Shown piece by piece: positions 40,169-53,709 of a stretch of 64,000 nt of DNA. The stretch is from contig JAHLTZ010000007.1 of the NCBI GenBank assembly GCA_025786725.1, positions 620,001 to 684,000 on the forward strand, read 5' to 3'. Positions within the stretch are counted from its first letter, which is position 1, and each line of letters begins with the position of its first letter. The translations under genes and the position numbers were made by a program. Under the pieces are notes generated by a model. The model was not told the DNA's origin. It searched no databases and worked only from the letters and a program-made list of their open reading frames with translations. The stretch comes from Syncephalis fuscata S228. Lineage: Eukaryota > Fungi > Zoopagomycota.

Positions 40169-41189
40169 TTAAAAGAATAGTCCCTTATATTTTTGAATAA
40201 ACAAATCTTTAAACTCGGTTTTAAGAAGATTTGCTATTTTGGCATCATCAAAATTAAAGCGTTGCAAAAAGCTTATAAGAAATTTTTCTGTTTCATTATC
40301 GATTTGGGTGACGGTTTGCTTATATAAAGCGCCTTTAAAGAAGAGACGCGACTTGACCGGCAACAAGTTGTCTAATTTGACGAATCTGACGTTTTTGTCA
40401 TCGATAGGCTCCACAGTTGATTCATTGATCCTGTAATACCATCCCAACTCTTTTAAGAAAATGGCTCCTATAGTGTATTGGATTAGCTTTGCATTTAAGA
40501 ATATTTTAATTGCTTACCTGCTTTGATTTGATCAATCAATCCCTTTATAGCCATGTCTTGATTAGGACGGTTTTTATATCTATCAGCGACATTTAGTAGA
40601 CTCTCGTTGATTCGACTGGGCTTGGTTGCATAACAGGAAATGTTATTTTCAAGATTGTACCGCTTGATAGGACAACCAATAATGTCTTTGGCTTTTTGGA
40701 GCTTTTGGTATTTTATATCCGTGCATTTCTATCATTCAATTAGATGTGTATCTTAACAAAATTGCTATAATTTGTCCTACTTACTTGGTAAACATTAAAA
40801 GGAAAGTTTTGGTGGCCACCAGCGTTAGCACAATAGATCATAACAGGTGTTTTAACTAATACGCCAACAGCTCCTATACCGAGCTCATGGGTAAAAGTAT
40901 GTGCACCCTTGTTGGCAACAGTAAGGCTAAGGTCGCCAAATACTCCTGCTTTTCCAGCTTTATATCCAAAAAACGATTTGCCTTGTTGATCTATAGGATA
41001 ATTAATATTACTGCAACATAGCATAAACAATTGCCTACCTTCATACCATCCAGTGGGATTTTGTATCACTTGGCCTTCTTCATTGCGGATTGTTAATTTT
41101 TCTGCTTCGGCAACATCCTGTATAGTCGATACCAGCAGTAGCGCAGCAACAACAGCGGGAATAGCGATCTTGTTTTCAAATAGCATCAT
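40169..41189 (-). CDS. Secreted protein, probable degenerate kinase fold (pseudokinase), 4 exons
   Basis: Signal peptide IAIPAVVAALLLVSTIQDVAEA; removing introns 41038-40991, 40784-40729 and 40517-40468 gives one open frame; LIDQIKAGAIFLKELGWYY...VRFVKLDNL parallels kinase subdomains VIa-VII of the gene at 61115. Confidence 0.65.
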
Positions 41190-42906
41190 GGTAAATGATA
41201 TTCTTGGTCTATAACTTTAAGTGGCTTAAAAATGGTAAAGTGGCGAGTGTAAAGGTTTTCAAAGGAAGTTGTTTGTAAAGTGATAATAAGAAAATAAAAC
41301 GCTTTTGCTTAAAAAACGATGCATATTTATAGTATATTATCTATACGGCGAGTAAAACAAACTACTTTGAAAGTTATGGGATACGCACGTATAGACTATC
41401 CAATTTGAATTACAATCGATGAGAATTGGCAAATCACTAAAAGAATCTTCTAAAAGCATAAAAGTGACTAAATAGTCACAGTGCTGGGCTGTTTCAGAAT
41501 TGCATGCAATAATATAAGTGGTAATAAAAGTATAATGTTACAATGCCGATACGCATAAGTAAATTAATTGTAGCAAAATGGACATAGGATGGCTATTAAT
41601 TAAAACTCAGTCATGTTTGCGGCAATTTGATTGTCGCTGTTACGCGTAGCATTTACCATTTACAGTATACTTAATTGCTGTAGCTATTTTTAGTTTTTTA
41701 GCTATTCGTTTATTCGGTTTTACATTTGCACAATAACATCGAATACAAAAGTATGCATGAATACATTTTTGACAGTCAACTAAAAATTACTATGTAAATC
41801 TAAACCTTTATTTCTATTATTTTAGATTTACACGTGTCTGAACAATTGCAACGGCATTATTGTATCGATCGGTTACAAATATGAAACACGCACGTGTATA
41901 CAATTCCGGCTAAATCACTGTTAATCAAATTTAATTATTGGTGTAAAATAATACCTTTAGGGAAATGCCATACTAATTGTTTTGTTTTAGAAGTAAATGT
42001 TTTGGAGCTGCATGCAATGAGGGATTGCAAATACTGGGCTATCGAATTGAATGATAGCATAGAATCTATTGAACATGATAGTGGGTGGTCAATGACATCA
42101 ATCATCAAAACACTCATCATCATGTTTAATAGATTGAATGTGCAGTTTAATTACGCGAATATTATTAAATTTAGTCATGTCATTATTACTATTGTCATCT
42201 AATCATTTTGTATAACTAAAACTGTCACATACTTTGTTTTTCTCTCTCTCTGCTGTTATTCTTCCAATTAATTCAGTATATGTTACAACTCGAAGAGCAC
42301 TATCTATTTTATTTGTATATCATTAACTTTTGTTAATTCTATTTAATAAATTGATAAAAACTTCTTATTAACATGACTGTGCTAGTATGGACTATCATTA
42401 GATGCTAATCAAACTCTACAATGAAATACAAATCATCGATTTACTTTTATAACGACTAATTACTTAGTCTCTTTATTTATATATTTTGCACAACGCCTAC
42501 TATTTTGATGAATTATGGTTAGATAAAGTACAGGTACGCCGAATACGAATACGATCCGCCAGGGATAACCGACTAATAAGTTGGTTGGACACAAGCGAAG
42601 GCGCGTTTAACATGGCAGCCGGTCGGGCCAGTGTACACGCTCGAGCGTGGATCCTGGCCAGCCTGATGGGTTGGAAAAGTGCCGGTTACCGGTCGAGACA
42701 CATTAGTATGAGCAGGCATATTATTAATGCTCGTTAATTGGGCAATAATTGACGAAGTAAACGAAGATGTCGACGATGGATAGTTGTCGGAATAATTAGC
42801 AGTAGCGTATCGCTATTGTCATTAATTAATGAAAATGATGTTGATTTGCGACGTCGATCTACTCGTGTCTGATAGAGTGATGTTCTACCATGCTCTCTGT
42901 GTTGCT

Positions 42907-45293
42907 TTATATCATAACATTGCTATTGTTATCAGAATTAATAGCATTAGCAGTTGCGGTAGTCTTTGTAAACAACGATGCTTTGCTATCTGTATTCAAC
43001 GTATTAGGCAACGTCGGTGTTTTATCCTGAGTATATAGTGTTGGTGTATCCTTTAACGCATTTGAATCATTACTCTGATCAGCACTATCATTCAAAGATG
43101 TCTCATGATTATCGATACGAAGCCGAGCACGTCGGCACATATCAAAGACATAGTCACTCGGTGTAATGCCATGTTGAATCAATGCATCACCCACTTCAAG
43201 TACACCTCGATACATATTGGCTCGTAATAGAGTTGACATAGCCACGGCATAAGTACTTTGACGAGCAGGCCGAATACCCCATTGCTGCATATCCCGGAAC
43301 CAGCCAAGCACAAGTAGACCACGCTGATACCAATTGGCATTATGGAATGAAGGTGACGATGATTGTCGGGTTGCCGGCAATTGTAACGGATCATTTTCGC
43401 TTATCTCTTCATCTTCAATGCCCATCAATGCTCGTGGATGACTGGCATTAAATAGCCATGTGTATGTGAATGCATCAGGCGTTAATCCGTGACGTATCAT
43501 ATCGCGATAAACAGTACTGGCCCGTCGATAATCACCAAGTCGTGCTGCTGCCCAAATCAATGTATTGCAAGTGACAACATTTGGACGAACGCCACGTAGT
43601 CGCATTTCACGCAAACATACCGATAAGCTTTCCTGGTCGCCAACACTGGCAAACCAACGAATCATCGCTGTATATGTAACAACATTCAATTCAACGCGAT
43701 TTACAAGCATATCGCGATAGACGTGCCAAACAGCTGCCAAATTGTTCTGGCGCGCATAGGCTTTCATAAGTGATGTATAGCAGAAGCAATCGGGCTTATA
43801 GCCGTCAGCAATCATTCGCTGCAGCACCCGTTGTGCACCGACAACATCGCCACGACAAGCAAATTGCTCAATAAACGAAGTATGTGCTACCATACTCATT
43901 TTCGGATAACTGGCAAGCATTGCCGAGTAAAGTCGTGTCAATACTTCTGATGTAACACGACGACTACGTGCAACCGAATTTACCAGTGTTGTTTGTGTTA
44001 TCAGTCTAAGTGGTATACCTTCACGTCGCATACGTTGTGTAAGCTCGGTAGCCTGTTTAGTAAGATTGTACTTGGCCAATGTACCGGCCAATCGATTCCA
44101 CATCTTCGTCTGTTCCTCTGGCTCAAGACTTGGTCCGTTGACCAACAACGGGTCGTCAAGTGGCATTTGTGAGAGTCGTGCATAAAGGGGTGCAGCATCA
44201 AAAGGCTGTTCACTTTGCAAATAGCCTAAAATGACGTGTATATGCAATGGTAGGCCGGGTCGTTCACGATAACCGGCTTGTAACATGCCATTTAATGCCG
44301 ACTGTGCACCAATACCATCGCCCAATTGTGCTAGTGATAGTATTAAACACGCCCATGCCTGTGGCCCAGGTGGTCGAGGTGTCTGGTCTACTGCTGCGCC
44401 TTGTTGATTCGGCTCTATCTGTTCACTATCTCGCTTTTTACGTTTATTCTTTAAAGGCGGCTTTCCCGACGCTTTTTGTTCTATTCGACGTTGAAATTCG
44501 GCTTCAGCCTCGGCTTCTTCAACAGCCGCTTGCATTTGTCTGAATGCTTGTTCAACACGTTTAAATGCTTGTAATCGATAGAGTGACCACAAATATGCCG
44601 CTTCTGCCTCAAATCCCACGGCTACTTCATCAGCTGCACTGCGTTTTCGCCAGCATTTTCGCTGATCTCTGCATAGAATGACTACACTTTGTGGCCCAAT
44701 GGGCCCCGTTTGATGATGCAGGACATTTCTTAACCAAGAGAAATGCTCCTCTGTTAATTCAGCCATAGCTTTTGGGTCTTTTCGAATTTGACAATAAATA
44801 GCCCATGCTGCATTTGGGTCCAAATAGGCTGATTTCATTGCACGTTCAAGTGCACGAATTGATCGAAATGATTGTGTAGTACTGGTCAATGGTATTCTAA
44901 TTGCACATAATCATGTTGCTGTACATTAATATTTAACGCTTTATAGTCAGTATTGACTTACATGTCTATGGTACGCGTCAGCCGTGTCCTTCGTCTACCA
45001 TGCGTTGGCATTGGATTAGATGAACTGGCATTACTTGAACTCGGACCTGAATGCGGACCGTGTATTTTCGTACAACTAGTAAAACGTCGACATTGTTTTA
45101 CTGGTAAATGTCCGCCATGACGCAGTACAATTGAATCTGTAGCTATATACGATCGGTAGCTTATAGACCCAATATCTGAAGTGATCTTAAACGTCAATGA
45201 GCGTCTAGCGCGTAATATTGGTAGTAAATGGCTGGTTTGCTGTTCAATCCGACGAAGTGCTCGGTCAAAACATGCTGTCCACATTGTAGTCAT
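42907..45293 (-). CDS. Pentatricopeptide repeat (PPR) protein, probably mitochondrial
   Basis: Tandem 35-aa PPR motifs (PDCFCYTSLMKAYAR, NVVTYTAMIRWFAS, PNVVTCNTLIWAAAR, PDAFTYTWLF); Arg-rich N-terminal exon. Coding-like sequence continues to ~42500, possibly via frameshifts. Confidence 0.88.
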
Positions 45294-45842
45294 AAAGCGC
45301 TTTCGACTAGTCAACGCCGTACGTATAAATAATAGAAATAAACAATAATGCAATATAGAAGCCTACCCGTAATTGTAATACTAAGCATCAATAGAAAAAA
45401 GGAAAAACTAAATGATTATGGCCGCGATCAGTCAACTATCTATGTAGAACACTAATTCGCTCTGTCCCCTTCAATAAACGCGCGTCGTCTACTCGTCGTC
45501 TTCTTCGTGATGCACCAACAGGTGGATCCAAGTACACGACTAACAATCCTGTTGTCGGTAAAATGATCGTGTAGAGCGCGGATAGAATAAAGGAAAAACG
45601 TCAAACGGCGATAGAAAGAAGAAGCAGTGAATTTAGCCGTTTATTAAGGTAATTTGTATAATTATTTTGATTGATTTATTCAAATGACAATATCATTCAT
45701 ATTTACAACACCACATAATAATACGAACATACAAACATTGACATCATCGCCATTGCCATCAGTTACATAAACAAATATAGATTATATATATATATATATA
45801 GCTATATCATTAACAATATAGTGCTTAATAGCGTATAATTAT

Positions 45843-48350
45843 TTAAGGCATAGGAGCAGGTATTTGATCGATCTCCTGTCGAGCATCTTCCCAAGCAGAT
45901 AAATTCTATGGTTATAATATTAATAATGTTAACAAATTCAAATTCAAATTCAAAAACTACTTTACGACACCACTTGGATTGCATTCGAGCATAAGCTAGC
46001 ATAATGTCACGGAAATCACGTAGCTTTTGTTGTTGGCATCGATCAAGCTCTTGTTGAATATCCGTAGAAGTACGAACAAGTTCATTTTCGGCGACTTCAA
46101 CATATTCTTCAAGCTAAATAACAGTATTATTACAATTTAATCATATTTAGTTATATTTCCCATTTTCATATTAACTTACCATTGCTATAAGTTGTTGTGT
46201 TCTACCGATATTATTACGTCGCGTTGCTTCAGGATCTACATCTAATAGACCATGGAATGTATCGCTAATAAAGCTAAATATGCTGCCGCCACTTCCTCCT
46301 GCTGCTACTGGTGTTATCGATGCACTGCCATCAACTGGAAGACTAGCCGTCTTTGGTTATGAATAAGTGCATTGGTTGTTGAGGTGATGCTTTGATCATC
46401 TATAGCACCGACTGGGTGTGATAGACGTCCTGGATGCGAATAAGGAGGACGTCCACTTACATTAGTAGCTGTGCCAGACTCGTCTATCTCGTCTAATACC
46501 GGTGGGCGTAATAAATCTACTTGTCGATGACCACCTCCATAGCTTGTATCGGGAAATGAATTGGCGAATGCAGCGTTAAACGTAGGTGCTCTTGATGCTG
46601 GTACCGACCAACTTTCCTCGGCAACTAATCCATCGCTAAAGAAAGCAGCATGATGCTAGACACCTTGCTCGTGTCTTCCGTGCCTTGTACTCCAAATATC
46701 GAATTCAATTCGGAATTAACTCGATCTTTATCGATTGGATTTAATGAATTAAATCTACTGGCATCGTTGCTGCTCATCTTTGCTTCATCATCACTATCAC
46801 CTCGCTCTTCTTCGTTGTCATCTTCGCCTTCGCCACTGCTTAACTCTTCAGAGGCTGCGATATTTTCATCAACATTCGATGTGGCTTGTCGTCTTTCCTC
46901 TTCTTCCTGCTCCTGCTGGCGTTTTTGTTGTGCTGCTTGTGCTGCCATGGCTTCTTGTTGGGCAATGGCTCGGATAGTCGACGTGCCTCTTCGTCGGCAC
47001 GTAGCAATGTTATCAATTGAACACGAGCCTTTTCAAGCTGGAATTTAAAAACTCCAACTGCTGATGCCGTTGATGTCGATACTTGAGTACCGCCTTAATT
47101 GCCGTGGCAAATTGGACGTATTCATGTAGCCGTTCTCCAACTTCATTTTCCATATTTGTGGCCTAATTAAATAATAAGCCAAATGTTATAAATGTTTACA
47201 TTTACTTACTAGTCCATTATTGGAAGATATGCCGTGTCTATGGCCTGTCCAACCTTTTCAATGGCCATTGCTAAATTATCCGTTTCTGTTAAACTGAATC
47301 CATTGTACAATGCACCTACTCAGCATTATCGCCAGCCAATTCTAATAGCAATAGTCCATTTAGTACCGAATTGGTAATGCCATTAAGCATATAATATATA
47401 TCTTTATTATCCTACCTAGTAATTTACGGCTTACTTTATACTGATCTGGATCAATATGTAGTTGAAGATGTTTGGCAAAGTTATTCGTTTTAACCTCTAG
47501 ATCTTCAAACAGTGGATTCGGATTTTTTAACTTGGCAACACCGCGAGGAACAGGAATATTATAGTCACGTTCCGATGCTTTATCCTCTGCGGCTGGTCTT
47601 GGTGGACGTTGGATCGGTCGTTTAGGCAATGATGTTACTAATTCAGATTTTAAAACACTTGACTATTTGCCACGAATAAATAACTGAAATTCGTCATTAT
47701 TAACCATGTTTAGCACTTACCCAGTCCTCATCAACATTAAGAAATTGGTGAAGTGTGTGCTCAGTCGACAGTATGGGATGTGTGACTAGACGATTAAGAA
47801 AAGAGCCTAGCATGCGCTTTCGTTTTTCGATAATACGCATATCTTCTTTGGCACGGCTTTGTTTGGTTGCGTAATCGGCTATATAGAATTGATTAAATAC
47901 ACTCTATCAATAAAAATAATAGACTTACTCAATGAATGCTTTTCGGGAATAGGCGGGATAACAGCAGTAGGATACATACGTCCTAGAATCTTGCGCAGTG
48001 AAGCAAATTCAGAGTATCGTCGCCGTACTTCTAAATTCTAAAAGAGAATTGTAAGCTAGACGTTACTATCTCATCTACACAAAACCTACGCCAAATCGAA
48101 TACAATAAGCAATAAATGTACTCCCGCCAGCGTCAATAGTTTTATTGGCAGCCGTAATCACCATGACTATGCCCGGTGCATGAATAGCGCGGTCCAACGA
48201 GCAACAATAAACGTTTTGGGGTGGCGTTGAAGTTATATGAGCAATATAAGGCTCCATACTGCCGCTAGAACCAAATGGATCGCTAGACTCGAGGCCTGCG
48301 TCTAAAGGATGTATCGCGGCTACTTCTCCAGTTAGTGTAGTATCGGTCAT
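45843..48350 (-). CDS. PX-BAR sorting nexin (Snx41/Atg20-like), multi-exon, with apparent frameshifts
   Basis: PX motifs [15 protein letters not shown]...[23 protein letters not shown]; BAR end [44 protein letters not shown]. Confidence 0.85.
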
Positions 48351-49130
48351 GATGTATAAAGATTTAATTGGAAAACGGCAACGGTGATGTCGTAGAAGAA
48401 AAGTGAACGTCCGTCACGCGCTCATAATGCAAAGTCAACCCAGCTTGGCTTAATTGAATTGAGCCAAAGCACTATACTTAAATAGTTGGCTGTATCATTA
48501 ATAATTGAGTGTTAGATATCTATTATTTATTAATATTAGTATTAGTATTGCTGCTATATTGTAATTGACTAGAAGAATGTAAAGTATAAATTTTTACACC
48601 CATTTAATCAGTAATTACGTATTTATTTTGGTAATTTGTGCCAATATTACTGATTAATATCAAAATATAAATTGGCTACTAATCAATTATAAATAAAAGT
48701 TTATTAGTTTTAGTCTGAGATGGCTTTGCTTACATTAGTTAATAATTAATGAAACAGTGTTGAATGATATTATTGCCGTATGTTTTTTAATATTGTCGGT
48801 GATATGTGGCCTCTCAATATCATTGTAATTGTGAAAAGAGAAAGATGTTACGTAAATTGCATTCTATACAGTTAACAGCTATTTTTATAATACTCGATGC
48901 AAAACGATAAAATAATAAGAATAATAAACACAAAAAATAAAAGTCAATTTGCCCAATATGTCGGTATGTCATTAGATATTTCATCATTAAATTAACGAGT
49001 GTAGTATGAAAAATACTTTTATTAATAAAATAATCATGCTATTAAATGACAATAGCGAGCAGTTCAAGTTATATATATATATATATACTATAGAACTAAA
49101 ACATAACGAACAAGACTATCTTTTGACTAT

Positions 49131-50270
49131 TTACGATGATTTGTCTACATTCGATTTAGCCGACGAGGATGTTGATTCAATTGGATTTTTTGGCTGCCAA
49201 TTGGCACGATATAAGCTATATTTGCCTCGAGTATTATGAATAACATCAAGGAAGCCGAAAACTCCAAAGTTAGAATTAAAAACTTGGTGATGGTAGTCAT
49301 GATCCATAGGTGTGGGCAGGAACGGCAATTCTAAACCACAGTGCAGATGAACATGAATAACAAGAACTAGATGCAATATAGTTGGTTAATAATCAATATT
49401 GATAAAGAAAGTTGCAAACAACAACTTACTTATTGATACCCAGAGCCAGACAGTCATAAGATGCAATTGCAGCAATACAGGGCCGATGAGAACAGGTATA
49501 GCATTGGTAGCAATAAAGTCGAGTGGATGCATATGGAATGCTGTTAAACTTATTAGCTACAGTGATTTATGTATTCGCTTGATATACTTACCAGCAATGG
49601 GAATAGGTGCCGTAAAGTCGTGATGCACCTTATGAACATATTTGTAGACACGTGGATGGTGTGCAGCCCGATGTCCGTAATAATAAGTAATTTCCAATGC
49701 GGTTGCACAGCCTAAAACCCCAAAAGGGTCTCAACAAGCGATGGCAGTGTTTCGGAGGCCACGCACGCTGTTGGCCATACGTTACAATATTATAGCTGAC
49801 CCAAAGAGCAATTGGGCTTATGATAAGTAGATTGGTCGCGGCCATGGGCAATGTCTTGTAGTACCATGCGGCGACCGATCTTTTATTGGGCTGAATTCGA
49901 TAGCGATCCAGTGATTTGGGGAAATAACCAAGATCGATCAGTGTCATAAGTCCCATATGGAGAGAGACTACCGTTAAAATGATGGCAGCCGACCCATAGA
50001 TAAAGACTTGAAAATCGGTGTACTGGGATATCCATTCCCAGAAACGGGCAGCGAAAAGCTGATGTGGCAGTACAAGTGCAGCAACATAGCCGATAATTGC
50101 AAGAACATTGTCAAGCTCAATAATGTCAAGTATTATGCTAACAATGTGACTGGTTTGTCTTGTTGTTCTTGTTCTTGTTTCTGTTGTTGTTGTTTCTGTT
50201 GTTTTGAATCATTGAGAACCGTAAAGGTCTTCGTTGGTTGATGATCCAGAGTCTGTTGAACGGCTACCAT
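49131..50270 (-). CDS. Fatty acid hydroxylase/sterol desaturase superfamily protein (ERG25/FAXDC2-like)
   Basis: His boxes YYGHRAAHH, VHKVHHDFTAP, HVHLHCG, HDYHHQVFNSNFG; YRIQP motif; frameshifts near 50137 and ~49740. Confidence 0.88.
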
Positions 50271-51397
50271 GATTATATTATCGTTATGACCAGTGGTATT
50301 TACACAAAAAATAGAATAGTTGCTATATCTAGCGATTATTATGAAAGTAAGCTTGATAGACTGCAAAGTGATGGCGCTTTGTTGATATAGCAAATTAAAA
50401 TCGAACGGGAAAAGTAATAAGTGTGTGGGAGTGACGAGTAGCTAACAAAAACTACGGGTACCAAATACATCGAATAGTTATACAAAACAGGACTATCGCA
50501 ATTCTCCAAACCCATGACTATGATGCCGAGCCACCTTGAGCAGCTGCAGCAATCCAGTAAAACATCTTTAACTTGCAGCGCGTTCATGAGGGCTATAATA
50601 TCGCAGAAGCCACATGCTTTATTACGATTATGAAATTCAAAATATAGCACGCTTAATCAAACAAGGCATAGTTTATGGAGAAGCGTGATCTATGCCTTGT
50701 AGCGTATGTCATGCCCGGTAATTTCTTATACTCCGTTTAGCTGCTTTAGCGAATACAGCATACCTGATATGCAATGCACGAAATTATCCAATTTCGTATT
50801 TTCATCCCATGTGACCATTTCTATGTCAATGAACAAACAAACAGGGACATTGATAATTTCAAAAAAAACTCCAAAGCAATTACTAATCTTTTGACCATCA
50901 TTGCATGGGATAATGGTTTTTACGCTTGAGTTCAATGATACATTTATTAGATATCTTGATTTGCCAGTAAAAATATGGTAATACAAAATCATAGCCAATT
51001 TTTTATTTCTGGATCACTGTCATGTGACAATCGCAAACATGCTGATTTGTGGTCCTTGAATGATACATAGCTTTATTCTATAAAGCATTTTGAATTTCAA
51101 ATAATAAATATACACGCAGCTATTATTGCAAGCTTATATATAATATATAGCGTTATCTTTTAAGCACATTTACCCGAGCAAATGGATATTGGTATGGCAC
51201 ACGTTGCTTAAATATAGCGTATCTTTTGGCAATCATCTTATCTTAAATCCATGTAATACTATCAATTTAACATTTGTTATAGCTTTCAATTTATTTCATT
51301 TACAACATAACATATTTAATAAAGTTTACACTCATGTTTATTTATTCATAATTCACTTTAGTAGTTTTATTCATTTAACTTGAAATGTATTAGCAGT

Positions 51398-53214
51398 TTA
51401 TGTAAAGAGTTCAAACTTAGTGCCATCAAAACCACCACGTAGTGCTAACTTGGCACGACATTGGCCATTTGGACAAGTGTATAGGTAGCGCGTTAATTTC
51501 CAATTATTCTTGCCTTCGTAGAAATTACCGCGCTCTTGAAGTTGATCCTCCAAATAGTTAATGGCAGCGCTAGGCAAATTGGTCATGTAAGATCCATTGT
51601 ATAAATCACTACGCTTTTCAAATCGTTTATCGCCCCAATTGCCTTTGCACATATCTTCATTTGCACTGGCACAGACGGCATCCAATAGGCATCGCCTTGC
51701 GAAAGAAGCATAGACTGAACCATATTAATTTGGTAATCGCGATAGAACTTGTCAGCCGAAATATCGTATTTTCCAGCTGTAAAATCGGCTAGCACCCCGT
51801 ATAATTGCTCAATAGTTGCAGTATTGAACATATCGATATACGCTGCATACATATCATCGGCAATGATATCCGAGTATCCAAGTGCGTACATATTCCACTC
51901 GAGTAGATCACTCGCCGTGGGTTCGGGCTGTTTACTGTAATCAGCTGCTTTTTGTTTAAGACCTTTCGTTACTATGGGTGGCAAAGGTAAAGCGCTGACA
52001 ATCGAGTTTAGAATTCTAATTGGATGGCCCATAAAGCCTTTAAGCTGATCAGCTGTAAAAATCATATTGACTAAATGATCTACCAGCGGTGTACCCGCCT
52101 TATAGTTCTTCCACGCGTTTTGAACATTAAGCTTAACGAATCTAGCAAGATCAAACACTGTGGTAAGTGGTTTTAATGCACCGGGTACAGTGGAATTAAC
52201 TCTGCTGATTTCATTAGTTATTAATTTGCCAACGTTCGATTGACGATTTAAACCGAGACGAGCAGTGATATTGGCAATCTTGAACTGATCGGCATATTGT
52301 TGAATGGTCATCGTACTTATAAACCCGTTAATGGTGTCCTGGACATCTTCCATGTACCAGTTCTGGATACCAGCATACTGTGGATCGCATGTCGCTACCA
52401 AAAGCGGCGTAAGGAGTTCTGTCTGTGCGGTAAGACAAGCGTCAATACTATACGGCATAATCTGATAGGACGTGGTATTACTGCTGCTATCTTTTGTAGA
52501 GTTCAATTTAAATAGCTGCGATGGGTCTCGAGCACACGGTACAATGGCCGGTGTAGGTGTGGGGCCATTATTGGTATTTACTGATAAAATAGCCAGACAA
52601 GTCATTGAATTGCTAAAGCGAATCATGTAAATATTGCTTTTTGGCTTGACTTCCCAATAATTGATATACTGGAATTGGGCACCGTAGCCACACGTTTCCT
52701 GGTAAGGCATGCGTACTGTCTCATCCTGATTGACCTTTGGCATTATAGCCGCACAGCGTTGGCCTCCATTTTCCTCAAACGGTGGCTGAAGGAACTTGTA
52801 CTGCTTCATGCCTCCAGGATTTGGATTATAAATATAGTCGTTGCCAATGGATGGCATTTGAGGAGCACTAGCTCCTCCATTGCTGGTAGCTGCTGTTTGA
52901 CCTGCTGTTGTAGCTGCTGTTCGACCGGCTGTTCGACCTGCTGCTTTAGTTACTGTTTGGCCTGCTGTTGTAGCTGCTGTTTGACCTGTTGTTGTAGTTG
53001 AATTATTACTTGATGAAGCGGCATTATTGGCTGAAGCTTGAGATTTGGGCGTGGTATTTGCTTGGGCATTATTAACTGGTGTTTGCCCTGCTGCTGTAGC
53101 TGCATTGCTATCCAATTGAACATTGTTGGTTTGGTCAGCTAGTGGATTTTGGACAACTGCCGCTGATGCGACGGATAAAAGTGCAAGTAGTGCACCTACT
53201 AAATGTAGCTGCAT
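51398..53214 (-). CDS. Secreted protein with Thr/Ala-rich linker, ricin-B-type lectin domain and helical C-terminal domain
   Basis: Signal MQLHLVGALLALLSVASA; TTAGQTAA repeats; beta-trefoil-like C-L...C...Q-x-W/F units (CLAIL...PCARDPSQLF; CLTAQ...TCDPQYAGIQNW); one missing T at ~51684 joins the 51398-51685 ORF. Confidence 0.7.
52886..52996 (-). repeat. Coding minisatellite (12/24-nt units, TTAGQTAA/TAGR)
   Basis: Repeated GTAGCTGCTGTTTGACCTGCTGTT on the + strand. Confidence 0.8.
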
Positions 53215-53709
53215 ATCGTATATTGGTTATTGCGCTAACCAGCAATAGAAATGGTTGTTGGAAAGAGAAGGTGATATGAGGATGCGTGTGTATCGTAGAT
53301 ACTGTCCAGCAGTAAGCAGAAATAAAAGATACGTAATAAACGAAGAGGAAATGGCAATCTAGTCGCCAGAAAAGATACGAAGACGAAAATACCGCCTCAG
53401 TGGAACAAATAATAAGCTCAATAAATAAACAAACTATCAAGGGCAGCGTTTCATGAAAGGCTCCAATAGAAGATAGCAGTCATCTCCTTAATCTATACTC
53501 CGTTTAAAATACGGAACCAATACGGAGTTGATTGCTAAATGGGTCATCTATTTATTACAATGTCTCATTTTAGTAAATCATATAATGGCATCGATCATAC
53601 CTGACATTTAATGCTATATTCATTAAATAATCACGACACAAAATATAACATTAAATAAAAACAATTTAATTGCATAAACATCAACTATTACAATTACTTC
53701 GTAATAGGA

